Made by a program: the position numbers and the translations under genes
Notes under the pieces: generated by a model
Seen by the model: only the letters and a program-made list of their open reading frames with translations
The model's database searches: none
Told to the model about the DNA's origin: nothing
Source of the DNA: the human T2T-CHM13v2.0 reference genome, Homo sapiens
Assembly: GCF_009914755.1 (NCBI RefSeq)
Contig: NC_060934.1
DNA: 64,000 nt
Reading direction: 5' to 3' (one strand)
In this document: piece by piece, positions 61,873 to 64,000 of the stretch
Position numbering within the stretch: the stretch's first letter is position 1
Layout of the letters: each line of letters starts with the position of its first letter

Positions 61873-62863
61873 TCATCACAGTCGATGCAGGAAATCCATG
61901 TGACAAAATTCAATACTTATTCACGCTGAATCTAAGATTTATGTGGACATACAAAGAACCTAGAATGGCCACAGAAAAATCTTGAAAAAGAACAAAATGT
62001 CAAGACTTAGAATATTTAATTTTAACTTTTATCATACAGCTACACAAGCAATGACAATGTGGTATTTGTGTAAAGATGGACAAGTAGACGAATGGAACAA
62101 ACAGAGGTCCATCAATAAACTCATGCAGGACACCCAGCTGATCTTCAGCCAGAGAGCAAAGGCATCTTAGCAGGGGAAAGGAAAGACCGAGCTGAACTTC
62201 AGCTAGAGAGCAGGGGAAAGGAAAGACTCAGACACACTGTGTTAGATATCCACTTGGGAAAAGCAAAAATCCTGACGTCCACCTCACACCATGCACAAAA
62301 ATGCTCTGAGATGGATCCTAGACCTTAACGGAAAGGCTGAAACTAAAGAGTATCTGGCAGAAAATGTGGGAGAATACCTTCACAACCTCAGGAAGGCAAA
62401 GTTTTCTTAAAGAAAAGATGAAAAGGAAAGCAATTGACAAATTGTATACTTACTGTGCATTGGGTTTAAGATAAATTATACCTCAATTTAAGAAATGCTT
62501 TTTGAGGTATTTATGTTTCTGTATTTCCAAGCACATGGGAATTTTCTGGTTATCTGTTGTTGATTTCTCATTTAATTGCATTGTAGTCAGAGGCTATATT
62601 CTGTATGATTTCAAAGCCTGACAGTTTGAGACTGGCCTGATGACACATTGCTATGGTGCTTTTATTAACGTCTGCATGAGTTTGAAATGAATGTGTATCT
62701 GCAGGTGCTGGATCCAGTGTCCACAAACATTACTCTTTCTTAATTGCTTTGTTCAAATCTTTTGAATAGCTACTGATTTTTTCTGTGCTTGCTGTGTAAC
62801 TTGCTGATAGATGTGTTAAAATCCCCCACTATGACCACCTTTTTGTGTTTCTGTCAGTTTTTA

Positions 62864-62960
62864 ACACACACACAAACACACACAAACACATACACACGAA
62901 CACACACAAACATAAACACACCTACAAACACACATACAAACACACAAGCACACAGACACA
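62864..62960 (+). repeat. Degenerate (CA)n repeat
   Basis: acacacacaaacacacacaaacacata... Confidence 0.85.
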
Positions 62961-64000
62961 TTTTTATGTCATTCCCTTATGTGCTTGTAACAATATAATT
63001 ATCATCTCTTGGAGAATTGAACCTTTTTAATTATTGTAAAATAATTATTTTATCCCTAGTAATGCTTTTAAATTACTTTGCATGATATTAGTATCTATAC
63101 AAATTAACAGCTACCCAAGTTCTATCTAATTAGAGCATCTAGCTAGTCCAATGTTAATGAAGTTGCCACTGTGCTGGGTGAGGCTCCATCTTAACCGCCT
63201 TCTCTGTGTTTCACCTGCACTGGCCGCCTCTCTGCTCTCCTGGGACACCATTCACTCCATTACTCGGCCCCGACTTACATTCCACTGTTACCACGGTTAA
63301 AAATTTTTTAATGTGTTTATGTTTATTGATATATCACAGTTGTATACACTTGGAGGCCACATGTGAGATTTTGGTCCATGTATACAGTGTGTTATTATCA
63401 AATCAGGGCAATGGGGTATCCATCCCCTCAACCGTTTATCTTTTCTCTGTGTTGGGAACATTACAGTTCTTCTCTAGCTATTTTATAACATATTTTTAAA
63501 TCACACATTTTCATGCTCTAAATATTTCAAACTCCGAAATACGTAAGTATTATTGTTCTAGATGGCCCTTGTTCACTGTGATTTGCTTACTCATCTACTG
63601 CAGGAAAAGGGAACGCTGTTCTAAAATGCAGCACCCTGAAATCCTGAGGGTGAGATAGACTGCAGAATGTTCACAGTAGGTACTAGGCAAGGGCCCTGCC
63701 TCCTGGTCACCCAAAGGGCCCATGTCCTCTGTGAGCCTGCTGGGGGACCTGCTCCCACTTTCACAGGCAAGAAGCAGCCCCAGGGCATCTCCCTGAGCCT
63801 CCTGATTCCAGCCCCAAGGCCTGGCCCTCTCCTGGGCAGGGCCTCAGTGGTTGCCTCTGGGGTGGACAGCACCCCACATGCTCCCGGTGGCCGCCCCTGC
63901 CTGGCGGGTTGCACTGGGGGCTGCCCAGAGGGCACCAGGGCTGTCCTTGGACACTGTAGGTTTATTCCAATCCCACCCAGCCCTGCTGTGTGACAACTGC

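Overview
This is human (primate) genomic DNA matching the distal 10q26.3 locus. It contains the complete CYP2E1 gene (+ strand, 9 exons, 493 aa; all splice sites are GT-AG and the exon lengths sum to 1482 nt). Convergent to it is the meiotic gene SYCE1 (- strand, 13 coding exons, 351 aa, plus an alternative last exon giving 318 aa). A ~1 kb degenerate (TTAGGG)n array lies directly upstream of the SYCE1 CpG promoter. Distal to the array is a duplicated block carrying an unprocessed Shadoo/SPRN pseudogene (SPRNP1) and an OR6-family olfactory receptor pseudogene. The remainder is mostly retroelements: two near-full-length L1PA elements, a HERV-K LTR5 solo LTR, MER4/HERV-L/ERV1 pieces, MaLR LTRs and Alus. 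The most notable observations are: (i) an ATG at the end of SPRNP1 exon 1 that is in frame with SYCE1 exon 2; (ii) an open 124-codon SPRNP1 frame created by two compensating frameshifts; (iii) the telomeric array sitting at the duplication junction; (iv) two local duplications of CYP2E1 intronic sequence; and (v) a probable L1 3' transduction. Gene identities rest on recognised protein sequences. Repeat subfamily names are from memory of consensus sequences and were not checked by a search.
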